Source: Klebsiella pneumoniae (lineage in GTDB: Bacteria; Myxococcota_A; UBA796; SXON01). Taken from it: 64,000 bases of DNA. The notes beneath the pieces are model-generated. The model saw only the letters and a list, made by a program, of their open reading frames with translations, had not been told where the DNA came from and ran no database searches. The translations under genes were made by a program, and so were the position numbers. Below are positions 1 through 9,087 of the stretch, piece by piece. Each line of letters begins with the position of its first letter. The first letter of the stretch is position 1. The DNA is taken from contig CAMAXZ010000018.1 of the NCBI GenBank assembly GCA_945862325.1, positions 15,131 to 79,130 on the forward strand, written 5' to 3'.

Positions 1-500
1 CCACCCTGGCTTCGGAGACCACCGCGGCCGCGACCGGCGCTGTCGGCGTGCTGCGCCGCGACCCGATGGCGATGCTCCCCTTCTGCGGGTACGACGTCGC
101 GCGCTACTTCGGGCACTGGCTGGAGGTGGGCGCGCGTCTGGAGCGCCCGCCCAAGGTGTTCGGCGTCAACTGGTTCCGCCTCGGGGAAGACGGCCGGTAT
201 CTCTGGCCGGGCTTCGGCGAGAACCTGCGCGTCCTCGCGTGGGTGCTGGAGCGGTGCTCGGGCGCCGGCGCGGCGGACCGCAGCCCCATCGGAGCGATCC
301 CGACGCGCGACGCGATCGCGCGCGACGGTCTGGACGTCGCGGACGAAGCGATGCGGGCGCTGCTCCGGGTCGATCGCGACGAGTGGGCGAAGGAACTGGA
401 CGATCAGCGTGCGTTCCTCGAGTCGCTCTCCGGCTGTCCATCCGCGCTTCTGGACGAAAATTGGCGATTGACGATGTCTTTTTCTAAATCTCCCGGTTGA
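1..500 (+). CDS. pckG: GTP-dependent phosphoenolpyruvate carboxykinase, C-terminal part (5' end outside window)
   Basis: ORF ending TGA 498-500. Translation ...MLPFCGYDVARYFGHWLEVG...VFGVNWFRLGEDGRYLWPGFGENLRVLAWVLERC matches the conserved C-terminus of GTP-PEPCK. Confidence 0.85.
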   Translation, partial: TLASETTAAATGAVGVLRRDPMAMLPFCGYDVARYFGHWLEVGARLERPPKVFGVNWFRLGEDGRYLWPGFGENLRVLAWVLERCSGAGAADRSPIGAIPTRDAIARDGLDVADEAMRALLRVDRDEWAKELDDQRAFLESLSGCPSALLDENWRLTMSFSKSPG

Positions 501-738
501 CGTACGGCGGCGCGGTCGCCACCTTGGGTGTGCCGGAGACAACCGGCGACAAACCTACCGAAGACCCGAGGAACATCCATGGCGAACCAGAACGACCGCA
601 GCGGCAAGCCGACCGAGACGACCCCCAACCGGCCCGCCGCCCCCCCCGCAGACCGGCGGCAAGGACCCCGCGCCCGAGAAGACGCCGTCCGGCCGCAAGA
701 ACGACCGTCCGCAGCGCTCCGCGCGGGGGTTCGCCGCG

Positions 739-984
739 ATGAGCACCGAGCGCCAGCGGGCGATCGCGAGCATGGGCGGCCGCGCCGCGCACGCGCGCGG
801 CACCGCCCACGCGTTCACCTCCGAGGAGGCGCGGGTCGCCGGCGCGAAGGGCGGCCGCGTGGCGCACGCCCGAGGCACCGCGCACGAGTTCACGCCCGAA
901 GAGGCGCGCGTCGCCGGCCGCAAGGGCGGGCTGTCCAGCGCGCGCTCGCGCGCCGCGTCGCGCAGCTCGGCGGCCGCGAAGTAG
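739..984 (+). CDS. KGG-repeat general stress protein; true start probably ATG 579 in another frame (see findings)
   Basis: Repeated ...GG(R/K)xAHARGTAHxFTxEEAR.AG.KGG motifs, typical of KGG stress-induced repeat proteins. The in-frame upstream sequence RGFAAMS.ERQR is also family-typical but has no start codon. Confidence 0.7.
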   Translation: MSTERQRAIASMGGRAAHARGTAHAFTSEEARVAGAKGGRVAHARGTAHEFTPEEARVAGRKGGLSSARSRAASRSSAAAK

Positions 985-999
985 CGAAACCTGCGTGGC

Positions 1000-1025
1000 G
1001 GAGCGCGGCCCTCGGGCCGCGCTCC
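1000..1025. terminator. Perfect 11-bp GC hairpin between convergent genes (possible bidirectional terminator)
   Basis: ggagcgcggcc-ctcg-ggccgcgctcc lies between the KGG gene stop (984) and the minus-strand gene stop (1159). There is no clear T-tract. Confidence 0.45.
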
Positions 1026-1158
1026 GTGACGCGCAGAGTGGCGGCGGGCCATCAGAATCGAACTGACCGGGCGGCCCCTCTCGAGGCGCCCCGACCGGTT
1101 TTGAAGACCGGGGCCGGCACCAGCACGGCACGGCCCGCCGTAGGGAGGAAGCGCGGCG

Positions 1159-2274
1159 TCAGGGCGCCGTGGGCGGCGGCGGGCTGCTGCACTGCAGCGC
1201 CCCCATGTACGCCCCGCACGTGTACGCGCCGCGGTAGCGCACGTCGACCTCGCCCGAGACCTCACGCCCGTCCTGATCGAACGCGACGCGGCACGGTCCC
1301 GACTCGAAGTCCCACACGTAGCAGGAGGGGTCGCACGCGACGGCGGGCCCGCCAGCGCACTGCACGGTCGGCTCGCTACCGCCGGAGAACACGAACTTCG
1401 CCTTGTCGACCCGCACCGACGTACGGCTCTGCGTCCCGACGGCCGCGGTGCCGCTGGACGCGATCGGTGTCGCCGCGTCGGGGGCGACCGCGGCGACCGT
1501 CGGCCGACGCGCGACCTCGATCGACGGGTCGTAGTTGCCCTGCACGGTCGGGAGCTGCTTGCCGCCGGTGACCTCGGGGACCGCGAGCACGAGCCACCCG
1601 TTGAGCTCCGACGCCGTGATGCCGCGGTCCCCGTTGACGTCGGCGCGACCGTTGATGCCCTCGATCAAGGCGCGCGCGAACACGCCGCGCCCCGCGGTCT
1701 GCCGGGGCGCCGCCGAGCTGAGGACGAAGCTCGGCTTCTTGAACTGCGGCCAATCGTTGCCCGTCGGCCCCAACAGCGCGAGGCCGGCCATCTGTCCTTC
1801 GAACGCGGCGTCCGTGAGGACGACGTAGCGCCCGGCCGGCACCCACTCCTCGATGTGCGCCGCGAGCTCGCGCACGCTGAAGCTCGTGGCCTCGAGGGCG
1901 TCGGGGTCGGTGTCGTAGGCCAGCAGGCGCGGGTCGCCGTAGTCCGCGCCCAGGCCGTGCCCGGCGAAGTACAGGAGGAAGATGTCGTCGTCGTCGACCT
2001 CTTTGGAGATCTGCTCGCGCAGGACGGCGAGGATGTTCTCGTGGGTGGCGGTCGCGTCGGTCAGAAGGCGCACGCGCGAGTAGCCGCCGGCCTGCTCGAG
2101 GGCGGCCGCCACGCGGGCGGCGTCGGCCCGCGGCGCGTCCCGGGCGAGCTCGCCCGGCAGGCGCTCGTAGCTGCTGATGCCGATGACCAGGGCCACTCGG
2201 CGGACGTCCGCCGCGAAGGCCGGGCGCACCAGGCACATCAGCACGCAGGCGACCAACCACAGCCGCAGCAGCAT
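1159..2274 (-). CDS. Secreted caspase-fold (peptidase C14-like) protein, catalytic Cys missing, Cys-rich C-terminal domain
   Basis: ATG at 2274 preceded by GGAAGGAGAG. Signal peptide MLLRLWLVACVLMCLVRPAFA. The caspase His motif YFAGHG is present, but the Cys-motif position reads VVLTDAAFEG. Confidence 0.75.
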   Translation of the reverse strand: MLLRLWLVACVLMCLVRPAFAADVRRVALVIGISSYERLPGELARDAPRADAARVAAALEQAGGYSRVRLLTDATATHENILAVLREQISKEVDDDDIFLLYFAGHGLGADYGDPRLLAYDTDPDALEATSFSVRELAAHIEEWVPAGRYVVLTDAAFEGQMAGLALLGPTGNDWPQFKKPSFVLSSAAPRQTAGRGVFARALIEGINGRADVNGDRGITASELNGWLVLAVPEVTGGKQLPTVQGNYDPSIEVARRPTVAAVAPDAATPIASSGTAAVGTQSRTSVRVDKAKFVFSGGSEPTVQCAGGPAVACDPSCYVWDFESGPCRVAFDQDGREVSGEVDVRYRGAYTCGAYMGALQCSSPPPPTAP

Positions 2275-2334
2275 CGGACTCTCCTTCCGGCGAGCAGGTA
2301 ACACGACGCCTCCAACCGCGATACCGAGCGCGCC

Positions 2335-3480
2335 ATGCGTCGAGTGCGCGATCCCGTCCACGGCTCCGTGCCGTTGCGCCCGCTCGAGGCCGCGCTGCTG
2401 GACACCCGCCCCATGCAGCGGCTCCGGCGCGTCCGGCAGCTCGGCCTCACGCACCTCGTGTTTCCGGGCGCCGAGCACAGCCGCTTCGGCCACTCGGTCG
2501 GCGCGTGCCACGTCGCCGGGCGCCTGGCCGACGCGCTCGTCGCGGCCGGCTGGGACGGCGACGTCGGTCTCGTGCGCGCCGCCGCGCTGCTCCACGACGT
2601 CGGGCATCCGCCGTTCTCGCACGCGGGCGAGCAGGGGGAGCCGCACGAGCGCATGTCGGCGCGCGTGATCCGGGAGACGGAGATCGCCGACGTGCTGCGG
2701 CGCTTCGGCCGCTCCGCGGAGGACGTGCTCGGCGCCTTCGACCCGGCCCGCGCGCCGGTAGAGGCGGCCATCGTGTCCGGGCAGGTGGACGCCGACCGCA
2801 TGGATTATCTCTTGCGAGACGGGCACATGTGCGGCGTTCCTTATGGTCGTTTCGACCTCGGCGGCCTGGTCGACTCCCTCGCGCTCGGCCCCGACGGGCG
2901 CCCCGCCGTCCACCGCGCGGGCCTGCAAGCCGTCGAGGGGCTCCTGCTCGCGCGCTACGGCATGTTCCTCCAGGTTTACTTCCATCGGACGCGACGCGTC
3001 CTCGATCGCCTGCTCGAGCAGGTGATGCCGGTGTGGCCGGACGACGTGGACGCATGGCTCGAGTGGGACGACGGCCGCGTGTACGAGCTGTTGCGCGACG
3101 ATCCGCGCCCGGCGGCGCGGGCGCTGCGGCACCGCGAGGGCATCCCCGCGTGTGTCGCGGAGATCGAGCTGAGCGCGGCGCCAGCCCGACGAGACGCCGC
3201 GGATGCCCTCGCCCGCCACCTCGCAGAGCACCTCGGCGTCCCACCCCTCGTGGACAGCTCGGCGCGCCTCGAAGCCTTCCGTGTGGGCGGCGACGTCCGC
3301 ATCCTCGACGAAGACGGCTCGGTGTACAGCGTGTTCGAGGCGTCGCCGGTGCTCCGGCGGATGGACCCGGGCGTCGAGATCCGCCGGATCTACGTGCCCC
3401 GGGAGGTCGCCGCGGAGGGGCGCGCCATCGCCGCCCGCTTCCGCAGGGAGGGCGTTCAGCTGCGCCTGTTCGAAACCTGA
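2335..3480 (+). CDS. HD-domain phosphohydrolase (dNTPase/SAMHD1-like family)
   Basis: N-terminus DPVHGSVPL...MQRLRRVRQLG...FPGAEHSRFGHSVG and LLHDVGHPPFSH...D(x)MDYLLRD motifs. Confidence 0.8.
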   Translation: MRRVRDPVHGSVPLRPLEAALLDTRPMQRLRRVRQLGLTHLVFPGAEHSRFGHSVGACHVAGRLADALVAAGWDGDVGLVRAAALLHDVGHPPFSHAGEQGEPHERMSARVIRETEIADVLRRFGRSAEDVLGAFDPARAPVEAAIVSGQVDADRMDYLLRDGHMCGVPYGRFDLGGLVDSLALGPDGRPAVHRAGLQAVEGLLLARYGMFLQVYFHRTRRVLDRLLEQVMPVWPDDVDAWLEWDDGRVYELLRDDPRPAARALRHREGIPACVAEIELSAAPARRDAADALARHLAEHLGVPPLVDSSARLEAFRVGGDVRILDEDGSVYSVFEASPVLRRMDPGVEIRRIYVPREVAAEGRAIAARFRREGVQLRLFET

Positions 3481-3492
3481 GCCGCCCGGTTA

Positions 3493-4074
3493 CTACTGGA
3501 TCTTCGGCGGCTTGGGGACGCTCGCCGGGTCGCCGTCCTGCAGGACCTCTTTCGCGGAGAGCTCGAGGTAGTCGAGGATCCCGCTGAGCTCCGCGTCGGC
3601 CTTGCCGGAGTCGCGGATTCGGAGGAGCAGCGAGAGCTGGTCGCGCATGAGGTCTTTGCCGTCGAACGTGTCGGCGGCGGTGCCCTCCTTGAGCTTCGTG
3701 TCGAGCTCCGCGACCTCCTTCGCCAAGGCCGGGTCGGCCTTCGACAGGATCTGCACCGCCCGGCGGCGCCACGACGCGGTGTAGTCGTAGTGCGCGTTGA
3801 CCGGCCGCGCCGCGCGGGTCTGGTACGCGATCTCCGCCTTGTTCATGGGGCGGAGCGTCCCGGGGGGCGGGGGCGGATCGCCGGGCTTGCGCTTCGGCTT
3901 CTCGGCCTCCTGCGCCGCGGGGTCGTCCGCTTCGCCCGGCGCGGCACGCGACGCGCGCGTGCCCGGCCCGGTGCCGCCGGCGCTCGCGCTGGCGTCGGCG
4001 CCGAACCAGTAGAAGCCGCCGACGACCGCCAGGCCGACGACGACCGCGAGGACGTACGGGAGTGCCTTGTTCAT
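3493..4074 (-). CDS. Hypothetical membrane-anchored protein
   Basis: 193-aa ORF with high GC3, an N-terminal TM helix (LPYVLAVVVGLAVVGGFYWF) and a Pro/charged linker. No family recognised. Confidence 0.55.
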   Translation of the reverse strand: MNKALPYVLAVVVGLAVVGGFYWFGADASASAGGTGPGTRASRAAPGEADDPAAQEAEKPKRKPGDPPPPPGTLRPMNKAEIAYQTRAARPVNAHYDYTASWRRRAVQILSKADPALAKEVAELDTKLKEGTAADTFDGKDLMRDQLSLLLRIRDSGKADAELSGILDYLELSAKEVLQDGDPASVPKPPKIQ

Positions 4075-4172
4075 GCGAGGCCCCTACCCGACCGCGGTGC
4101 TCCGCGCATGCCCGTGAACGCCGCGCCTTCGCGACGGCGCGGGCCCGCGCCGCCGCGAGGACGAGCGCCGCT

Positions 4173-5432
4173 TCAGCCCTGGCGCCAGACGCACACCACG
4201 GCGGTGCGGTCGTCGCCGCCCATGTTGGCCGTGACGCCGACCGAAGGCGAGCTCGGAACCTGGTAGTCGCCGCACAGCCCCTTCATCTGACGGAACACCT
4301 CGACCGCCTGCTTGACGCCGGTGGCGCCGACCGGGTGGCCGAAGCCGACCAGACCGCCGCCCGTGTTGACCGGGAGCCGTCCGCCGATGTCCGTCGCGCC
4401 GTCGCGCACGAGCGCCGCGCCCTGGCCCGGAGCCGCGAAGCCGAGCGCCTCGAGCATGAGCAGCTCGGTGACGGTGAAGCAGTCGTGGACCTCGGCGAGC
4501 CCGACGTCGGCGGCCGAGATGCCGGCCTTCGCGTAGGCCACCGACGCGGCCTTCGCCGTGGTGTGGAGCTGCGTGAGGTCGCCGTCGTCGTAGAGCGACG
4601 CGGTGGCGTGCCCGTAGGACACGAGCTCGATGGCGTCGGCCGGGGTGAGCCCCATCGCAGCGAGGCCAGCCTCGCTCACGACGATCGCCGCGCTCGCGCC
4701 GTCGGACACCTGCGAGCAGTCGCTCATCTTGATGTACGGGGCGAACTCGGCGTTCTGAAGGAAGCACGGGTTCTTGTCGCCAGCGGCCGAAGCCGTCGCG
4801 AGGTCCATCTTGCGCGCCTTCATGTGCGCGAGCGGGTTCTTGTTGGCGTTGGCGTACGCCTTGACCGCGACGCGACCGATGTCCTCTTCCGAGACCCCGT
4901 AGGCCTCGCGGTAGATCTTGGTACGACGCCCGAAGAGCGCCGGGAAGGTGAAGTCGTCGATCGACCGCTGGCGGCTGTAGTGCGCTGCGCGCGCGAGGTA
5001 GTCGGCGCCGACGCGGGCGGACTCGGTGGTCTGGACCTCGACGCCGGCGACCAGGACGGTGTCGGCCGCCTCGGCGCGGATGGCGTCGACCGCGCAGACG
5101 AGCGCGAGGCCGCCGGAGGCGCACGCGCCCTCGGTGCGCGTCATCGGCTTGCCGGCGAGGGACGGGTGGCTGCCGGCGAGCGCGGCGCCGAGGTGGCCCT
5201 GCTTTACGAAGAGCTCGCCGACGAAGTTGCCGACGTACCCACGGTCGATGCGGTCCGGGTCGACCTTGGTGGCGCCGATGGCGGCGTGCACCGCGTCGCG
5301 CAGGAGCTCCTCGATCGTGGGGTTCTCGCGCTTGCCGAAATCCGGGTGGTTCTTCCAGATGAAGTCCGGGTGACCCTTGCCGATGAACGGGGTGTGGGCA
5401 CCCCCGACGAGAAAGACGCGACGCGCAGACAT
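4173..5432 (-). CDS. Thiolase-family acetyl-CoA acyltransferase (SCP-x/nonspecific lipid-transfer type)
   Basis: 419 aa. Shows VFLVGGAHTPF, active-site region EGACASGG, and C-terminal GGLVGFGHPVGATG plus NMGG motifs. Confidence 0.85.
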   Translation of the reverse strand: MSARRVFLVGGAHTPFIGKGHPDFIWKNHPDFGKRENPTIEELLRDAVHAAIGATKVDPDRIDRGYVGNFVGELFVKQGHLGAALAGSHPSLAGKPMTRTEGACASGGLALVCAVDAIRAEAADTVLVAGVEVQTTESARVGADYLARAAHYSRQRSIDDFTFPALFGRRTKIYREAYGVSEEDIGRVAVKAYANANKNPLAHMKARKMDLATASAAGDKNPCFLQNAEFAPYIKMSDCSQVSDGASAAIVVSEAGLAAMGLTPADAIELVSYGHATASLYDDGDLTQLHTTAKAASVAYAKAGISAADVGLAEVHDCFTVTELLMLEALGFAAPGQGAALVRDGATDIGGRLPVNTGGGLVGFGHPVGATGVKQAVEVFRQMKGLCGDYQVPSSPSVGVTANMGGDDRTAVVCVWRQG

Positions 5433-5538
5433 CGAACGCTCCGGGATGGAACGCTCTCATAGCATGCTGCGATGCGGCGCGCACGTGGGCGCGCACGCGG
5501 GCGCGATGCAGCAACCCCCGTGCCGCAACGCGGCAGGA

Positions 5539-5814
5539 TCAGCCCGCGGCGGCGACCGGGGCGATCGGCGGCGGACGACGCTCGGCGAGCAGGCGCTCCA
5601 CTTCCGGGTGCACCTGGTACATCGTGATGACGGTGCCGAACGTGTTCTTCCACTGGCGCACGCGCTCGCGGCTCACCCCGAACTCGTCGGCGACGGCCTG
5701 ACCGCTCTCGGCCCGCGCGAGGGCCTCGAGCAAGCGGCGGAAGCGCGCGCGGCCGTACGTCTTGATGAAGTTTCGCGCGACACGTTCGCGGCTCCGGGCG
5801 TTGGCGATGGGCAT
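5539..5814 (-). CDS. Small helix-turn-helix DNA-binding protein
   Basis: ATG at 5814 preceded by GGAGGAA. HTH-like segment GQAVADEFGVSRERVRQW. Confidence 0.6.
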   Translation of the reverse strand: MPIANARSRERVARNFIKTYGRARFRRLLEALARAESGQAVADEFGVSRERVRQWKNTFGTVITMYQVHPEVERLLAERRPPPIAPVAAAG

Positions 5815-5857
5815 CCTGTTCCTCCGGTGTCCTGCGGGGGCCTCGCCCCGACCCGCG

Positions 5858-5886
5858 GATCGTACCACGTGCAGTTGACGTGTCAA
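5858..5886 (-). promoter_or_regulatory. Candidate sigma70-type promoter overlapping an inverted repeat
   Basis: Minus strand reads TTGACA-N16-TACGAT about 45 nt upstream of the HTH gene start. The -35 lies inside the inverted repeat TTGAC-GT-GTCAA (5875-5886). Confidence 0.35.
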
Positions 5887-5924
5887 TCACGCACGAAGCA
5901 GCTTTTTGACCTCGACGGGACCTC

Positions 5925-7523
5925 TCAAGTGATCTCTACTGGTGACTCTGTAAACACCCACAGCTCCACATGAATACCGCATCGGACGAGGTGTTGGTGC
6001 CATGCGGCCTGCTCGTCACGGACGGCGTCGGTAGGGCCCTTCACCTCGGCGAGGAGCGCGTCGGGAGGGAGGTTCGCGGGGAGCGCGCACGGGATGCGAC
6101 CCACCGGCCCCGACGCGATGAAAAGGTCGGGGAGACCTCGGGCTGCGGCCCAGCCCTCGTACGCCAGGCGACGGAGGATCGCCGACGCGATCGGCCCCGG
6201 CACGCGGCTCGCCCAGGCGCGCGCCGCCTCCTGCCACACGAGGCCCGCGAGCGGCTCCCCTTGCCACGTCGACACGTACCGATCGAGCCCGTCCTCGAGC
6301 TCGGCGAGGCGGCGCTCGACCTCCGGGCGACGGCGCGCGGCGAACCCGGGGGTCCCGACGTCGAGCGGGCCCGCGCGGCGCGGACCCGGGAGCATGCCGG
6401 GCACCGGGAGCCAGTACAGGTCGCGGAAGACCAGCGCGTAGAGCGATGTCCAAAGCGCGTTTTCGGCGTGCACCGCCGCGCGCCCCGCCCGCTCCGCGAG
6501 GGCGCCGGCCACGAGCTCGATCGTCCCCTCGCGCCCGGCGGCCCGCCACAACGGCCGCCCGTTCGCCGTGCCGATCCGCGGCGCCCGGAAGTGCCGCGAC
6601 GGGACGACGAGGGTCTCGGTCGGTGGCAGGCTCCTGCGCGCGGCGCGAGCCGCGGCGCGCCCCGCGCGCGCGAGCCCGACCGCCTCCGCTGGATCGGCGC
6701 TCCCGGCGCGCGCGATCTCGTAGGCTTCCCCCACGCGCCCCTCCCGGAGCAGCGCACGGACCCACTCCGCGCGGACGCGTGCCCCGCCCCGCACGAGGGC
6801 GCCCAGCGTGTCGGCGTCCGGCTCGTCGGCGAGCACGGCGTCGACCGCGCGCCTCCACGGGGACAGGCCGGCGTCGCGCGGCCCCGCCATCGCGACCGCC
6901 ACCGCTTCCCCCGGCTCCCAATCGCCCTCCCGAGCGCGCTCCCAGACCCGGCAGTCGCGGCGCGTGGCGAAGATGCCGGTCCCCCCCGTCGGCGCGTACG
7001 CGGCCCAACGCAGCGCGCCGACCCGCTCCGCGGCGAGAGACGACCGATCGAGCCCGCTGCGCTGAAAGGCGAACACCTCCGCGCGGCGGAGCAGGGCGAG
7101 GTGTCGCACGGCGACCACCGGCTCGTCGACCCAACGCGCTCCCCGCAGGCGCTGCTCGAGGTCGGCGCGGGAGCCGCCCACGGGCGCGCCGACACGGCGG
7201 CACGCCGCCTTCAGCGCCGCCACGTCGAAGGCCGGAAGGCACCACGCGTCGGGCACCTGGTCGTGGACCAGACCCGCCGCGGCCAGGACGGCCGCCGCCG
7301 TGGGCACGTCCAGCGCATACCGGAGCGACGCGAGGCGGAACACGCGGCCCTCGCGCAGGCTCAACCGGGCGTAGAGCTCCGCGGGTTCGTCCGCGAGGGC
7401 GAGGATCGTCGAGAGCACGACATGCTCGCCGGCGCTGAACAAGTGACCTTCCAGCTCGATCGCGCGGGCGACGACCTCGCGCAGGTCGGCGGCGGGGAAC
7501 GGGGACGCCGGGACAGTGCGCAC
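5925..7523 (-). CDS. FAN1-like structure-specific nuclease (SAP-like + helical + VRR-NUC domains)
   Basis: GTG at 7523 preceded by GAGGAGG. SAP-like segment LKAACRRVGAPVGGSRADLEQRL. C-terminal VRR-NUC/PD-(D/E)xK motif GLPDLFI...AEVKGPTDAVRDEQAAWHQHL. Confidence 0.7.
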   Translation of the reverse strand: MRTVPASPFPAADLREVVARAIELEGHLFSAGEHVVLSTILALADEPAELYARLSLREGRVFRLASLRYALDVPTAAAVLAAAGLVHDQVPDAWCLPAFDVAALKAACRRVGAPVGGSRADLEQRLRGARWVDEPVVAVRHLALLRRAEVFAFQRSGLDRSSLAAERVGALRWAAYAPTGGTGIFATRRDCRVWERAREGDWEPGEAVAVAMAGPRDAGLSPWRRAVDAVLADEPDADTLGALVRGGARVRAEWVRALLREGRVGEAYEIARAGSADPAEAVGLARAGRAAARAARRSLPPTETLVVPSRHFRAPRIGTANGRPLWRAAGREGTIELVAGALAERAGRAAVHAENALWTSLYALVFRDLYWLPVPGMLPGPRRAGPLDVGTPGFAARRRPEVERRLAELEDGLDRYVSTWQGEPLAGLVWQEAARAWASRVPGPIASAILRRLAYEGWAAARGLPDLFIASGPVGRIPCALPANLPPDALLAEVKGPTDAVRDEQAAWHQHLVRCGIHVELWVFTESPVEIT

Positions 7524-7607
7524 CCCCTCCTCTACCCCGCGGCGAGATGCTCCCCGGCGCGGGCCGTTCGCGGCGTAGCGCGCGACCGGCCTTGTTATGG
7601 ACCGGGC

Positions 7608-9038
7608 ATGAGTACCCGCCGCACCAAGATCGTCGCCACGCTCGGCCCCGCCACACGCGAGCCGGAACGCCTCGTCGCGTTGTTGAGCGCCGGCGTCGAC
7701 GTGGTCCGCATCAACTGCTCGCACGCCACGGCGGACGGCATCCGCGAGTCCGTGGCGCGGGTTCGTCGAGCGGCGACCGGGCTCAACCGCGCCGTCGGCA
7801 TCCTGCTCGATCTGCAAGGCCCGAAGATCCGCACCGGCAAGGTGCCGACGCCGCTCGTGCTGCAGCGGGGCGACGCGCTCACCGTCGTGATGGACGAAGA
7901 CTACGCGGCGCACGGCCACTTCGTCGGCACGACCTACACGGGCATGGCGGCCGACGTGCGCGTGGGCGACCTCGTGCTCTTCGCCGACGGCGCGCTGTCC
8001 GGCCACGTCGAGTCCGTGCACACCGAAAAAGCGCCGTCAGAAGTGGTGATCCGAATCGAGGACGGCGGCGAGCTCGGGTCCCACAAGGGCATCAACCTGC
8101 CCGGGGTCCCGGTCAGCGCCCCGTGCCTGACCGAGAAGGACATCGAGGACCTCGAGGTCGGCGTGAAGGCGGGCGTCGACTTCGTCGCGCTGTCGTTCGT
8201 GCGCGAAGCCCGCGACGTGCTCGAGCTGCGCCGCCACCTCCAGCGCCTGGACGTGCCCGATCTCCCCATCGTCGCGAAGATCGAAAAGCCGCAGGGCGTC
8301 GCGAACATCCAGGAGATCCTCCCCGTCGTCGAGGGGATCATGGTCGCGCGCGGCGATCTCGGCGTCGAGGTCAACCTGGAGCGCATCCCGGTCCTGCAGA
8401 AGGAGCTGATCGCCGCCGCGAACAAGGCCGGCGTCCTCGTGATCACCGCCACGCAGATGCTCGACAGCATGGAGCGAAACCCGCGGCCGACCCGCGCCGA
8501 GACCACCGACGTCGCCAACGCCATCCTCGACGGCACCGACGCGATCATGCTGTCTGGCGAGACGGCGACCGGCCGCTGGCCGATCCGGGCGGTCGAGACG
8601 ATGGATCGCATCGCCCGCGAGGTCGAGTCGAGCCGGTGGATGCGGCCGCCGATGGAGGACGTCTCCGTGCTGGCCGGCCCGCAGCTCACCGTGGTGCGCT
8701 CCGCCTGCTACGCCGTGCGCGAGATCCAACGGCCGCTGGTGGTCTTCACGTGGTCCGGGCACACCGCGCTGCTCGCCTCGAAGTCGCGGCCGCAGGGGCC
8801 GATCTTCGCCTTGACGCCAAACCAGACCACCTTCGACCGCCTCGCGCTCGCGTGGGGCGTCACGCCCGTTCGCGCCCCGAGCGTGGCGAGCACGGACGAG
8901 CTGATCCATCTCGGCGAGCAGATCCTGTTGCAGGAAGGCCACGTCCGGCGCGGCGAGGAGGTGGTCGTGTTGGCAGGAAACACCCCGATGAAGGGCGCGA
9001 CGAACACCATGAAGGTGTACACGGTCGGCCGTCTGTGA
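7608..9038 (+). CDS. pyk: Pyruvate kinase
   Basis: MSTRRTKIVATLGPAT...VRINCSH...DLQGPKIR...MVARGDLGVE...ATQMLDSM...TRAE..DVANA..DG.DA.MLSGETA.G. Confidence 0.95.
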   Translation: MSTRRTKIVATLGPATREPERLVALLSAGVDVVRINCSHATADGIRESVARVRRAATGLNRAVGILLDLQGPKIRTGKVPTPLVLQRGDALTVVMDEDYAAHGHFVGTTYTGMAADVRVGDLVLFADGALSGHVESVHTEKAPSEVVIRIEDGGELGSHKGINLPGVPVSAPCLTEKDIEDLEVGVKAGVDFVALSFVREARDVLELRRHLQRLDVPDLPIVAKIEKPQGVANIQEILPVVEGIMVARGDLGVEVNLERIPVLQKELIAAANKAGVLVITATQMLDSMERNPRPTRAETTDVANAILDGTDAIMLSGETATGRWPIRAVETMDRIAREVESSRWMRPPMEDVSVLAGPQLTVVRSACYAVREIQRPLVVFTWSGHTALLASKSRPQGPIFALTPNQTTFDRLALAWGVTPVRAPSVASTDELIHLGEQILLQEGHVRRGEEVVVLAGNTPMKGATNTMKVYTVGRL

Positions 9039-9087
9039 GTCGCCGACGCACCCTACACGCGCCCCGTCGCGCGGGGTAATCGTCCGC

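Noticed and set aside
5970-9038. 1022-aa plus-strand ORF suggesting a giant pyruvate kinase fusion.
   Set aside because: Only the last 476 codons (from ATG 7608) are pyruvate kinase. The upstream part is antisense to the FAN1-like gene and is compositionally junk.
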